A DNA stretch of 64,000 nucleotides from an uncultured archaeon (GCA_902385655.1 CABMGO010000003.1:112456-176455), one strand, 5' to 3'. Positions 18,197 to 26,794 are shown, numbered from the stretch's first letter. Notes: generated by a model not told the origin, from the letters alone. Numbers and translations: made by a program.

Positions 18197-18624
18197 TGCA
18201 TTTCTCCAAAAATTTGTTTTAATTGAGTGTCAAGTGCTTCGCAATCCAACATATCTTCAAGATGTTCTCCACTAGCTAGCGTTCCAGAAACTTCTACGTC
18301 ATAGGTTGTTCCATTTTCTGTAGCGTGATAACCTCTTTCATTTCTAGAATTATGGTTAGTTAAAACAAATCCCATATTTCCTATTGTTCCAAAATCTTTC
18401 AATCCTTTGGCATTGTATTGACTTTCTAAAAATTGTTTTATTGCATCTTTAACCGCTGATTGTCTAGCGTCTCTTCTTTTGTTTATCTTTTTTGCTGCCT
18501 CTTGCCATTCTTTATCTTTTCCAGGTTCATAATGTGGAAAGAATATATTTTCTTCATACGCAAATCTTCCCCTAACTGTTGCATGTCCATCTTGTTTTTT
18601 TGTTGCACTTAAAGAGTATGTCAT
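18193..18624 (-). CDS. Hypothetical protein
   Basis: 143-aa ORF between two methyltransferase genes. No nuclease motif recognised. Confidence 0.45.
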   Translation of the reverse strand: MTYSLSATKKQDGHATVRGRFAYEENIFFPHYEPGKDKEWQEAAKKINKRRDARQSAVKDAIKQFLESQYNAKGLKDFGTIGNMGFVLTNHNSRNERGYHATENGTTYDVEVSGTLASGEHLEDMLDCEALDTQLKQIFGEMQ

Positions 18625-18625
18625 A

Positions 18626-19336
18626 TTATTTTGTTCTCCCAGCTCTTTCTAATTTTTCTTTTGCAATTTCAAAGTAAATGGGGTTTGATTCATAACCTCT
18701 GTATTCTCCCCCTCTATGAAGAACTTCTTTGCCTAGGCCTGCTGTTCCACTAAACTGTTCAAGAACTCTATTCCCTGGAACAAAATAAGTATCTAAGATA
18801 TCTTTTACTAACTCGGAGGGAAAAGGACAAGGATGCCCTTCTTTCTGTGTATAATAATATTTTCTTCCTGTAGGGAATTTGGTTAATTTCTGATGCATTT
18901 GCCCGAAAACCATCCCGACCATTTCTTGAGTATGACTGTTTTCAGGAGTAGTTGCATTTTCAAGTTCATTTAATGGAACACAACTAAAATCTTCTTCATA
19001 TACTTTGAATGAAAAAGAATCAACTAAGATTAGTCCTGCATTATCGCATAATCTGTCGTACTCTTCAGGATACTCGTGAACTCTCCCCTGTTTTTTTATT
19101 TTTACAGGAAGAAGTATGAGGGCTAGCCCAATTGGTTTTAAGACTCTCTGGGTTTCTTTTATAACTTTATTCATTGAGCTGAGATAGTTTAAATGTGAAG
19201 TTTCATCAACTTGTCCCTCATAGGCTAGGCCAATATTAAACGGTGGATCCATAACTGCTAGATCAATAGATTTTCCATTCAACTCATGCATCTTTTCAGA
19301 AGAACTATTGTATATTGCAAATTTTTGTGCTTCCAT
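18626..19336 (-). CDS. DNA methyltransferase, beta-class N4/N6 (motif IV before motif I)
   Basis: DLAVMDPPFNIG (DPPF) near the N-terminus and FSGTAGLGKEVL (FxGxG) near the C-terminus. Confidence 0.75.
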   Translation of the reverse strand: MEAQKFAIYNSSSEKMHELNGKSIDLAVMDPPFNIGLAYEGQVDETSHLNYLSSMNKVIKETQRVLKPIGLALILLPVKIKKQGRVHEYPEEYDRLCDNAGLILVDSFSFKVYEEDFSCVPLNELENATTPENSHTQEMVGMVFGQMHQKLTKFPTGRKYYYTQKEGHPCPFPSELVKDILDTYFVPGNRVLEQFSGTAGLGKEVLHRGGEYRGYESNPIYFEIAKEKLERAGRTK

Positions 19337-19347
19337 AGTATATTTTC

Positions 19348-20046
19348 CTAAAATTTATATCCCACACCAACAGAACCCCAATTCAAATCTTCTATTTTGG
19401 AGTCTAATGATTTTTGCATTTTCCCGGAAACATCTAAGCTTAAATTTCCTTTAGAAACTCCAAGTTTGATTCCAGCACTTATTTGAGAAAATCCATATTG
19501 ACCATACCAGTTGTTTGCCCAAGCACTATCTAGTGAAGGTGTAAGACTTATTTTTACTTTTCCATCATAAACAGGTACGCTTTTGTTTATTCCAAAAGTT
19601 ACTCGGTCTCCTAGCTTTACAGCGTCGTGTCCAACAAGATGAGCATAGCCCAAATTTGCATTTAACATACCACCATAATTTAGCCCTGCTGTTTGAACTG
19701 CATCAAAGTCTCCGAATCTTCCGTTTGGATAATCCCAAATTTGTGCTCCCACACTTCCAGAAAATTTGTCATTAATTTTTGAGGCATAGGTCACGCAATA
19801 ATCTCTTTCGCTTATTCCTTTCTCTCCAAGAAATTGATTCTCCCAGATTGCAAAATTAAATTTGCCAAAATTTAGAGACACTAAGTCTTGTCTACATTCT
19901 TCTTTTATAGCTGCTCCGACTGGAGAAACAAAGTCTGAAACCAAACTTGTTTCAAAATATGGTTTTGGTATGTCTGCTTTTACACTTCCAATTAATGCTC
20001 CAGCTCCAAGGATAATTCCTGCGACCAAACTTCTTACAGCTTTCAT
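19348..20046 (-). CDS. Secreted beta-barrel-like protein resembling the bacterial TorF/Gcw_chp outer-membrane family
   Basis: Signal peptide MKAVRSLVAGIILGAGALIGSVKA. Alternating-polarity strands, Gly/aromatic rich, C-terminal ...VGVGYKF. Segments VSDFVSPVG, FNFAIWENQ, ERDYCVTYA and IWDYPNG resemble the Gcw_chp pattern. Confidence 0.55.
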   Translation of the reverse strand: MKAVRSLVAGIILGAGALIGSVKADIPKPYFETSLVSDFVSPVGAAIKEECRQDLVSLNFGKFNFAIWENQFLGEKGISERDYCVTYASKINDKFSGSVGAQIWDYPNGRFGDFDAVQTAGLNYGGMLNANLGYAHLVGHDAVKLGDRVTFGINKSVPVYDGKVKISLTPSLDSAWANNWYGQYGFSQISAGIKLGVSKGNLSLDVSGKMQKSLDSKIEDLNWGSVGVGYKF

Positions 20047-21119
20047 TTTTTACCTCCGAATTCATGCCTTACTGCTAAGTATACTGCATGTTCTGGTTTA
20101 CTGTCTTGATTGAAATTTCCTCTATACCAAACTTGTGTAGGGCCGAATTGTCCACATATAGATGCTTCGAGTCCGTAATTATCTTTTACTAGATCCTTAT
20201 GAACTCCAGGAGTAACTAAGACATCCTTAACAAAACCATAATCTCCGACGTTTAGAGCAAACCTTGCGTAGGCAGATTTTCCATCTGTGTATCTTATATC
20301 TCCACCAACGTCTCCAGTTTTTTCTCCGCATTGGGCTTCTGCAGTTAAGAAATTGAAATTTCCAGATAATGCATACGGCATGGTTACATCAGATGAGATT
20401 GTCAAACTGTCAGTAGCCTCGCTAGGATCATTGACAAATCCTGGCATGACGCCGTATGAACCTGCACCATTTAATGCACTAGCTTTTCTTCCAAATCTTA
20501 CTCTAGCTTCGAAGAACCCGTTGTCTCCAGTTTTTATTCCACCATTTGCATTGTAGTTTTCAGTTATTTTTGTTGTTCCGAAAAATTGTGCTTCCCTGTA
20601 TAGCCCTTCATTTTGTCCGCCAGCCATACCTACTTTAGAATTTTTTCCAACTTGAACAAGAGTCATTGCTCTCCAGTCTCCGATAGTGTTAGCAGAAGCT
20701 TGTACTTCTAAGTTGTCTGTTGGTTTTAATCTCATTCTTCCTGCATAGCAGTCTTCTTTTTTTGGATCATCGAATTTGTCAGATTCTACTTCTATAAAAT
20801 TTATACCACTTTTCAAACCAAAAGAGTAATTAGCTATGTCTGAATCTGCTTTGTCATATTGTTTGACTCCAGCGTTTAATCTAAAATTATCATTTTCTGC
20901 ATTGACTCCGTAAGTGTCTCTTCCTTCGGATGTTTGCACTAATGCACGATTCATCCCGTAAGTAGCAATACTTTGAGATATTGGTTTTCCAGGATTTTCT
21001 AAGACCACTCTTTCTTCGAGGTTTAGAGCAGTTCCAGCATTTGCAAATGAAGAGATTAAGCTTGCTCCAGCAATTAAAGCTGTTCCAAATAATCTTCGAA
21101 AACTTGTTTTTATTGCCAT
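20043..21119 (-). CDS. Secreted beta-rich protein, porin-like (tentative)
   Basis: Signal peptide MAIKTSFRRLFGTALIAGASLISSFANA. Gly/Asn/aromatic-rich alternating strands, ends ...AVYLAVRHEFGGKK. ATG at 21119 preferred over TTG at 21143. Confidence 0.5.
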   Translation of the reverse strand: MAIKTSFRRLFGTALIAGASLISSFANAGTALNLEERVVLENPGKPISQSIATYGMNRALVQTSEGRDTYGVNAENDNFRLNAGVKQYDKADSDIANYSFGLKSGINFIEVESDKFDDPKKEDCYAGRMRLKPTDNLEVQASANTIGDWRAMTLVQVGKNSKVGMAGGQNEGLYREAQFFGTTKITENYNANGGIKTGDNGFFEARVRFGRKASALNGAGSYGVMPGFVNDPSEATDSLTISSDVTMPYALSGNFNFLTAEAQCGEKTGDVGGDIRYTDGKSAYARFALNVGDYGFVKDVLVTPGVHKDLVKDNYGLEASICGQFGPTQVWYRGNFNQDSKPEHAVYLAVRHEFGGKK

Positions 21120-21120
21120 A

Positions 21121-21777
21121 TTAGAATGTCCCCCTGACTGCAAGTCTTGCTTCTAATTCTGGAGTGATCTTTCCGTCGGCTGTTCCATTCATTGCCACAT
21201 TAGCTGCAACTTTTAGATTACCGATTCTTTTTCCTAATTCAATTTCTCCATAACACCATGTAGGCCCTGCTTTAGCAGCTAGATTTGCTTCTCCATAATT
21301 TGAAAGATAAAAATTTCCTGGAAGATCTTGTGAGACAAAATATCCTAGTTTGAATACATTGTGTTCTCTTCCATTTTCGTTAAACCATGCAGGCATAGCA
21401 TGTAAACATGCAAATGTTCCGTTTGGTAAACCGTGTAAATTATATTTTAATCCAAGCCCTGCTTCTGTGAATGGTTGATCAGCTTCTACAATTTGTAATC
21501 TTGCAGATAAATTATCGGTTAAATTTCTAGTTAAAGCTGTTTTACTAACATAAGCTCCATGGTCTTGATATTGATCTACAAAAGTATATCCTTGGACTTT
21601 ACCGGGCAAACTGTAAAAGGCATTAAGCTCTGCATAAGCATTTTTTGTATTTCTATCGCTGATTACTCCAATGTCTCCAGAAATAGGAGATGCACTGCCA
21701 TTCAATGTTAATCCAAGAAGCATGGATCCGATTAAGGCCATTTTCTTCCATTTACTTGTTTTTTGCGGTGTTACCAT
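21121..21777 (-). CDS. Secreted beta-barrel-like protein (tentative)
   Basis: Signal-like MALIGSMLLGLTLNGSASP, alternating strands, C-terminal ...EARLAVRGTF (terminal Phe). Confidence 0.5.
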   Translation of the reverse strand: MVTPQKTSKWKKMALIGSMLLGLTLNGSASPISGDIGVISDRNTKNAYAELNAFYSLPGKVQGYTFVDQYQDHGAYVSKTALTRNLTDNLSARLQIVEADQPFTEAGLGLKYNLHGLPNGTFACLHAMPAWFNENGREHNVFKLGYFVSQDLPGNFYLSNYGEANLAAKAGPTWCYGEIELGKRIGNLKVAANVAMNGTADGKITPELEARLAVRGTF

Positions 21778-21967
21778 TTTCTCATTTACTCAAGAATTAG
21801 CAGCTTGAGAAACTGCAACACCTCTCTGTTACTCACACCTGTTGTGTTAAGTATACATAAATGACACATAAAAACCAGATTTAAACTTTTTTATTAAACT
21901 ATATATATTAGTATATTTGTATATATATTTTGAAAAAGTTTATAAATAAGAGATAACTGAGAAAATA

Positions 21968-22867
21968 ATGGTATCCAGAAAATTAGTCAAACAGGGAGCA
22001 GCAACGTTGATGATTAGCTTGCCTAGTAAATGGATAAAGACGAATAAATTGGACAAAGGTGATGAAGTAGAAATGGAAGAAAGAGGAAAAGACTTAGTTA
22101 TCTCTACAGAAAATATGGCGCAGAAGAGCAAAAAAGTTTTGGACATAACAGGATTTTCCCCACTAGTCAATAGAATTCTTATTTTCGAATATGTAAAGGG
22201 CTATGATGAATTGGAAGTTAAGTTTAAAGACAGCCAAGAAATAAAAGATTTTCAGAAGAGAGTGATAAATGAACTGTTAGGTTTTGAGATAGTAAGACAA
22301 ACTCAAACAAGTCTTTTCATAAAGGATATAACTGGCGCGGAAAATCAAGATATAGATGAACTTGTAAAAAGAATATTTTTTATTTTAGATTCTATGGTTG
22401 ATGAACTAATTATTGCCCTAGAGAAAAATCAAGATTTGGATCCAATAATTGACACAGACATCGCTGTAAACAAATTTGTACATTTTTGTTTGAGAATGTT
22501 GAATAAAAAAGGATATAATATTCCTGAAAAAACAATTTCGATTTATTCGATAGTATCCAATTTGGAAGATATAGGGGATTGCTACAAAAGATTAGCGAAG
22601 GATTTCAAAAAAATAAAACCAACCAAAGAATATCTCAATATCCTTCGGGAAATTAAAGGTCAGCTTTCTCTGTTTAAAGATTTGATATATGGGTATGACA
22701 AAAAAAAGCTAATAAAATATGCTCAAGATTACGAAAGAATAAAAGAGAACATAAAGAAAATAAAAAGTAAAACAGTTATTGATTTTCATCTCTTTGAAAC
22801 TAACGAGATCTTAATAGGACTCAATAATCATCTTTTGTCTATGCTGGATGTTGCATCGCTAGTATAA
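21968..22867 (+). CDS. AbrB/SpoVT-domain + PhoU-like domain regulator
   Basis: N-terminal SRKLVKQGAATLMISLPSKWIKTNKLDKGDEVEME (SpoVT/AbrB) followed by helical PhoU-like repeats. Confidence 0.65.
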   Translation: MVSRKLVKQGAATLMISLPSKWIKTNKLDKGDEVEMEERGKDLVISTENMAQKSKKVLDITGFSPLVNRILIFEYVKGYDELEVKFKDSQEIKDFQKRVINELLGFEIVRQTQTSLFIKDITGAENQDIDELVKRIFFILDSMVDELIIALEKNQDLDPIIDTDIAVNKFVHFCLRMLNKKGYNIPEKTISIYSIVSNLEDIGDCYKRLAKDFKKIKPTKEYLNILREIKGQLSLFKDLIYGYDKKKLIKYAQDYERIKENIKKIKSKTVIDFHLFETNEILIGLNNHLLSMLDVASLV

Positions 22868-24633
22868 ATTGCTTTTCTGTAACCAATAAGTTTATCTGAC
22901 CATTCTTTAGAAGGAGATGGCTCGATACTTGAATAGTAACTTGCTGAACCAGTGTTGTAAGACATTCTTTCAGTCCTAATCGGGAAAAAAGTACAACCCT
23001 CGATATTGGTTCCATTTTTAACAAGTACTTGTAAAGTTCTTTCCTCTTCTGATTTAAAATTAGGCACACTAAAACTATGAGAAAGTTGACTTTGTACTGC
23101 ACTGTCATTAGTGTAGCAAGACTTGAAGCCTGGCTCTTCTGGACAAGAAAGTTCAATTTCTATTCCGCTTGGAAAAGCTGCCTGAACCTTATTAGAAATC
23201 GTTTGATTTTCTATTGAAAAATAACCACCCATATATGAATTTAATCTTAGCATGCTCATACTGTATTTTAAAGACGGATTTCCTACTGTAACGGGAACTC
23301 GTTTTCTAGCAATACATTTGCCCCACTTTTCATAATTTATTTCTTGAGTACCGTCTATAACGTTTCCACCAGTTGGGGCATTTTGTGCATAAATTTCAAC
23401 AGCTAAATTGTAATTTCCATCTTGAATTTCTTTAGGAATTTCAAAACTTAGATCATAAGGTAGATTTGGTCCGGCCATGTCATATCCTGTGGGGTCTGCC
23501 ATGATTAAATCAGTGTTAAAAGTTTTGCCTTCCAAACCCTCTACATAAACTTTTCCAGTAAAACCAGATAGACCGCTTTTTAGGACTAAAAGTTGTTGTG
23601 GTGAAAGATAAATTTCATATTTTTTTCCTCTTTCTAATGAGACTGAAGGTTCAACACGAGAAGACACTCCCTCACTTTCTTTTTTAGAACTAAGAGTGTC
23701 ATAGACAACTTCTGAAGGTTTATCCTTTGACCTCATATGAAAGTTTAAGCTAAAAAGAGGGTTTCTTGTTTCAAGTTTGTAACCATCAAAAGTAGGGATA
23801 ATTGGAATTTTAGATTTTTGTTCTACTGCTTGAGTGTCTGGTCTTGCTAAGGGACCATACGCGACTGTGCTTCCTGCAATACCTAATGCAATTAGACCTG
23901 AAGCTGCAACACCCAATGCTCCGCCCCGGACTAGTTTTGACAACTTTGAAGGTTTGCATGCTTTGTCAAAATCTTCGAATAGATCTTCTAACTTGGTGTA
24001 TCTTTCTCCTTGATTAAGTGTCAATGCTTTTCTCATCCATTTGAGATGATTTCTTAATGCAAAACGTTTAGCTAAAGGAATTTGACTTATTGCTTGATCA
24101 ATAGCCACCTTATGTTTTTCTGGAACTACTCTTCCTTTCTCATCAAGAAGACTTTCCCCAGTAAAATTATTTATTGCAGTCCCATTTCTGTAGTCATATA
24201 AAACTGGAGGTTGAGAAGTTAAAGTGTTCAATGCAGTGAATGCTAAACCGTAGGCCTCTGAGTCTTCCCCGTAAGATTTAATTTGGTCTGTAAAAAAACC
24301 ACCTACAAGAGGATCACTTGAAAATTTTGCAAGAGTTGTTTGAACATGATCATTTCTTTCGTCTCCTTTTTTGACAGCACTACCGGTATCAATAGTAAAC
24401 ATTTCTAGCCCGCCGTGATTTCTTCTTACTAATTCATTTGCTGGATGCCTGTCTCTGTGTAATATTCCGTTGCTGTCAAGCAATTTTGCTCCTCTAAACA
24501 TGCACTTCATTCCGTCTACAAAATCTTTTGCTGAAAATGGCCCATATTTTTCTAGCCAGGCTTTTAATGAAACTGCCTCTTTGATTTCTGGAACAACCAA
24601 TGTTTCTTCATTACCTGAAGAGTTATATTCCAA
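22828..24633 (-). CDS. Ser/Thr protein-kinase-like C-lobe + transmembrane helix + large extracellular domain (downstream part of an interrupted gene)
   Basis: Catalytic loop ILHRDRHPANELV, IDTGSA (DFG-like), TM segment GGALGVAASGLIALGIAGSTVAYG. The frame continues upstream through one TAA into 24661..24903. Confidence 0.7.
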   Translation of the reverse strand: MEYNSSGNEETLVVPEIKEAVSLKAWLEKYGPFSAKDFVDGMKCMFRGAKLLDSNGILHRDRHPANELVRRNHGGLEMFTIDTGSAVKKGDERNDHVQTTLAKFSSDPLVGGFFTDQIKSYGEDSEAYGLAFTALNTLTSQPPVLYDYRNGTAINNFTGESLLDEKGRVVPEKHKVAIDQAISQIPLAKRFALRNHLKWMRKALTLNQGERYTKLEDLFEDFDKACKPSKLSKLVRGGALGVAASGLIALGIAGSTVAYGPLARPDTQAVEQKSKIPIIPTFDGYKLETRNPLFSLNFHMRSKDKPSEVVYDTLSSKKESEGVSSRVEPSVSLERGKKYEIYLSPQQLLVLKSGLSGFTGKVYVEGLEGKTFNTDLIMADPTGYDMAGPNLPYDLSFEIPKEIQDGNYNLAVEIYAQNAPTGGNVIDGTQEINYEKWGKCIARKRVPVTVGNPSLKYSMSMLRLNSYMGGYFSIENQTISNKVQAAFPSGIEIELSCPEEPGFKSCYTNDSAVQSQLSHSFSVPNFKSEEERTLQVLVKNGTNIEGCTFFPIRTERMSYNTGSASYYSSIEPSPSKEWSDKLIGYRKAIYTSDATSSIDKR

Positions 24634-24660
24634 AAGAGGAACAAGATTATTCTGGACTGC

Positions 24661-24903
24661 TTAATCTATGCCTATGCCTGAAAGTATGGATGCCTCATTT
24701 GAGATTCCGTAACCTCTACTTTGATATTCTGCAGATTCATCTGAATTCAAAAAAACTATTACTGGTCGTGTAATTCCATTAGCTCCTTGATCTGCTCGGA
24801 AAGCTGCCTTCTTTTTTCCAGCATTATTTTCTAAGGGTCGAATATTGTGATATTTACCTGGAGGAAGTATTCTTTGAAGTCGTTCATCTAAGCTCTCATT
24901 CAT
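24661..24903 (-). CDS. Kinase N-lobe-like fragment (upstream part of the interrupted kinase gene)
   Basis: Same frame as 22828..24633, separated by a single TAA at 24661-24663 (...ILSGIGID*AVQNNLVPLLEYNSS...). ATG at 24903 overlaps the upstream stop (ATGA). Confidence 0.55.
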   Translation of the reverse strand: MNESLDERLQRILPPGKYHNIRPLENNAGKKKAAFRADQGANGITRPVIVFLNSDESAEYQSRGYGISNEASILSGIGID

Positions 24904-25340
24904 TTTTTCATCCTCCACTTTAAGAAGCTCTGCAATCTCAGAGAAGACTCACCAGTTAGGCTGTCTATTAAGCCTAATCTTTCGAAAAAGGATCTTACTC
25001 CTGAAATACAATATCGAGGGTCTGTTGAAGGAACCGCGATTATTGGCTGAGGAGAACCAAATTGATCATGAGTCACGTCTAAATAAAGTTGTCTTTCAGG
25101 GTCGTAATTCCATCCATGATCAGCTCTAGTATTTCCAAGAATAAAATCTCCTGCAACTTGTTTCAGAGGAGTAACTTGAGAAATAAGTCTTGACGCAGGA
25201 TGACAATTTCCATATGGTTCAAAATTTGGAATATTTTCTTCAAAATATTTTCTAACCTCGACCAGTCTTGAATAATATGGTAGATCGGTTAAAGAAGCTC
25301 CTTTTTCTAAAGTTTTATTTTCCATTATTTTTCTCCCCAT
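24900..25340 (-). CDS. Hypothetical protein with papain-like Cys-His-Asp pattern (tentative)
   Basis: GNCHPASRLI ... ADHGWNY ... YLDVTHDQF. Overlaps both neighbouring genes. Confidence 0.45.
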   Translation of the reverse strand: MGRKIMENKTLEKGASLTDLPYYSRLVEVRKYFEENIPNFEPYGNCHPASRLISQVTPLKQVAGDFILGNTRADHGWNYDPERQLYLDVTHDQFGSPQPIIAVPSTDPRYCISGVRSFFERLGLIDSLTGESSLRLQSFLKWRMKK

Positions 25341-25530
25341 CAAATTTAATTTCTTTATCTTCTGAAATAGAAATAATATTTATCCCAAGTTCTACAATTG
25401 TTCCAGGTTTCAAATGTTGTTCGAGAATTCTTGGAATAACTATAACCGCCTGACTTCCATGCTTAGCTATTTTCTTAGTTATTGTAAAGCTCTTTTTAGT
25501 TTGTTCCGTTAAAGCTATTCCTTTTTCCAT
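25315..25530 (-). CDS. AbrB/SpoVT-like DNA-binding protein
   Basis: FTITKKIAKHGSQAVIVIPRILEQHLKPGTIVELGI. First gene of the kinase operon. Confidence 0.65.
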   Translation of the reverse strand: MEKGIALTEQTKKSFTITKKIAKHGSQAVIVIPRILEQHLKPGTIVELGINIISISEDKEIKFDGEKNNGK

Positions 25531-25554
25531 TTTGTGACTACTTTTAAGTTATAA

Positions 25555-25577
25555 TTTATACATAAAATATGTATAAA
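25555..25577. promoter_or_regulatory. 9-bp inverted repeat overlapping TATA-like sequence upstream of the AbrB-like gene
   Basis: TTTATACAT-aaaat-ATGTATAAA, 25-47 nt upstream of the ATG at 25530. A GTTACT-ttaaa-GTTACT direct repeat follows at about 25603-25619. Confidence 0.45.
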
Positions 25578-25671
25578 CTCCTATTTAAACCTTTCTATTT
25601 AGTGTTACTTTAAAGTTACTACAAATAGGCGAATTTAAATAAGGTTCTTACTAGGTTTTTTAAGTTACAAA

Positions 25672-26370
25672 TTGAGAGTAAGAACAATGATGCTTGGAAA
25701 ATATTACTTGGCCGTTAATAAAAAACATAGAAGGAGAATCGGACTAGTCACGCCAGAAAGAGAAATAGAGCTGAAAAGAAGTATCTCAGATTTGGGAGAA
25801 ATTATTGGGGGCGGTTTTCCTTGGATTCTTACAGGAAGTTTAGCCGTAGCTTTAAATGTGAAAAGATTTTATCGGGATTGCAATGATGTAGATATTATTC
25901 TTAACCGAAAAGATTTGAGTCAAATGATAAATTCAGCAGGATCTAGAGGATATCGACTATGCCACAGGCTTGCAAGCTTGAAGGTTAGTTCACAAAAAAA
26001 TCTCTATGTTTACCAAGAAATTGATGAGAATGGTGCATTGAAACAAAATTACAAACATCTGAAGCTGATAAGAAGAGATTCTTTAGGCAATTTAGTAGAC
26101 AATGAAGGAATATTGGACTCCATAGATCTATTTCCTTACGAACAGATTGATGAAGAAAATGTTATGGTTGATGGAGAAGTACTTTTCCCCGAGGAAAGGT
26201 TGTCAGTCCATACTGAAACCCCTCGAGGACAAAAAGTTTTAATTGCAAGCCCGGATTATCTTATGAAATTTAAAGAACAGTATATTGAAAAAAGAAGGCG
26301 GTCTGCCCCTCCTAAACACGCACTAGACTTAAAAGTCTTGAAAGAATTTGTTACTCAGAGGAACTCTTAG
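25672..26370 (+). CDS. Nucleotidyltransferase-fold protein (MNT/aminoglycoside-NT-like)
   Basis: GGGFPWILTGSLAVALNVKRFYRDCNDVDIIL (G-S...D-x-D). The ATG at 25687 may be the true start. Confidence 0.55.
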   Translation: MRVRTMMLGKYYLAVNKKHRRRIGLVTPEREIELKRSISDLGEIIGGGFPWILTGSLAVALNVKRFYRDCNDVDIILNRKDLSQMINSAGSRGYRLCHRLASLKVSSQKNLYVYQEIDENGALKQNYKHLKLIRRDSLGNLVDNEGILDSIDLFPYEQIDEENVMVDGEVLFPEERLSVHTETPRGQKVLIASPDYLMKFKEQYIEKRRRSAPPKHALDLKVLKEFVTQRNS

Positions 26371-26384
26371 AATTAAAAATTAAT

Positions 26385-26780
26385 TTATCGTTGTAAAAAG
26401 TCTCTTATCTCTGAATTAGGAACTTTTATTCGAACATCGGAACATCTGTTGTTAAATACTAGTTGAGGATAGTCAGCTATTGAAACAGGTGTTGGTAAAA
26501 TTGGATCCCAAATAATATCCTCAACGCCTGCAAAAATGTGACACGCCCATCGAACTTTTCCAGAATATCTTGCTGGTTCAAGCATAGGCCTATCTAACTC
26601 CCTTTCTGCAAGCATTCTACCAACCCAGTAAATGGCTGGTTCCTTATTTTCTGCTAAAAGTCTTCTAGCCATTTCAAAAGAAATATATGCGCAACTTTCT
26701 GAAAAGAACCCATCCGGAGTTCGGTAATTATTAGCCAAAGAATTATGCATTCTTAAAAAATATTCTTGAGCAGATTCCAT
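26385..26780 (-). CDS. Hypothetical protein with papain-like Cys-His-Asp pattern (tentative)
   Basis: SESCAYISFEMARRL ... RWACHIFAGVEDIIWDP. Same residue order as the 24900..25340 product. Confidence 0.4.
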   Translation of the reverse strand: MESAQEYFLRMHNSLANNYRTPDGFFSESCAYISFEMARRLLAENKEPAIYWVGRMLAERELDRPMLEPARYSGKVRWACHIFAGVEDIIWDPILPTPVSIADYPQLVFNNRCSDVRIKVPNSEIRDFLQR

Positions 26781-26794
26781 AGGACAGGATAAAT

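Noticed and set aside
19348-21777. The beta-barrel-like cluster as evidence that the contig is bacterial (for example CPR) or chimeric
   Set aside because: Unmistakably archaeal genes (L7Ae/S28e/L24e at 8 kb; L31e/L39e/S19e at 27 kb; TBP, MCM, aRF1) flank it in one continuous sequence. Gene packing is similar, and ATGA overlaps continue through the cluster. Assembly should still be verified with reads.
21891-21940. TA-rich low-complexity tract (tatatatattagtatatttgtatatatatttt) as a possible repeat array or mobile-element end
   Set aside because: It is a simple AT-rich sequence in a divergent promoter region. There are no spacers, no terminal inverted repeats and no transposase nearby.
24661-24663. 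Possibility that the in-frame TAA in the kinase gene signals an alternative genetic code
   Set aside because: TAA terminates many well-delimited genes in this window at positions matching the family C-termini (for example 1563..2009, 2042..2812 and scpB). Global reassignment is therefore not supported. Pseudogene, split gene or sequencing error is more likely.
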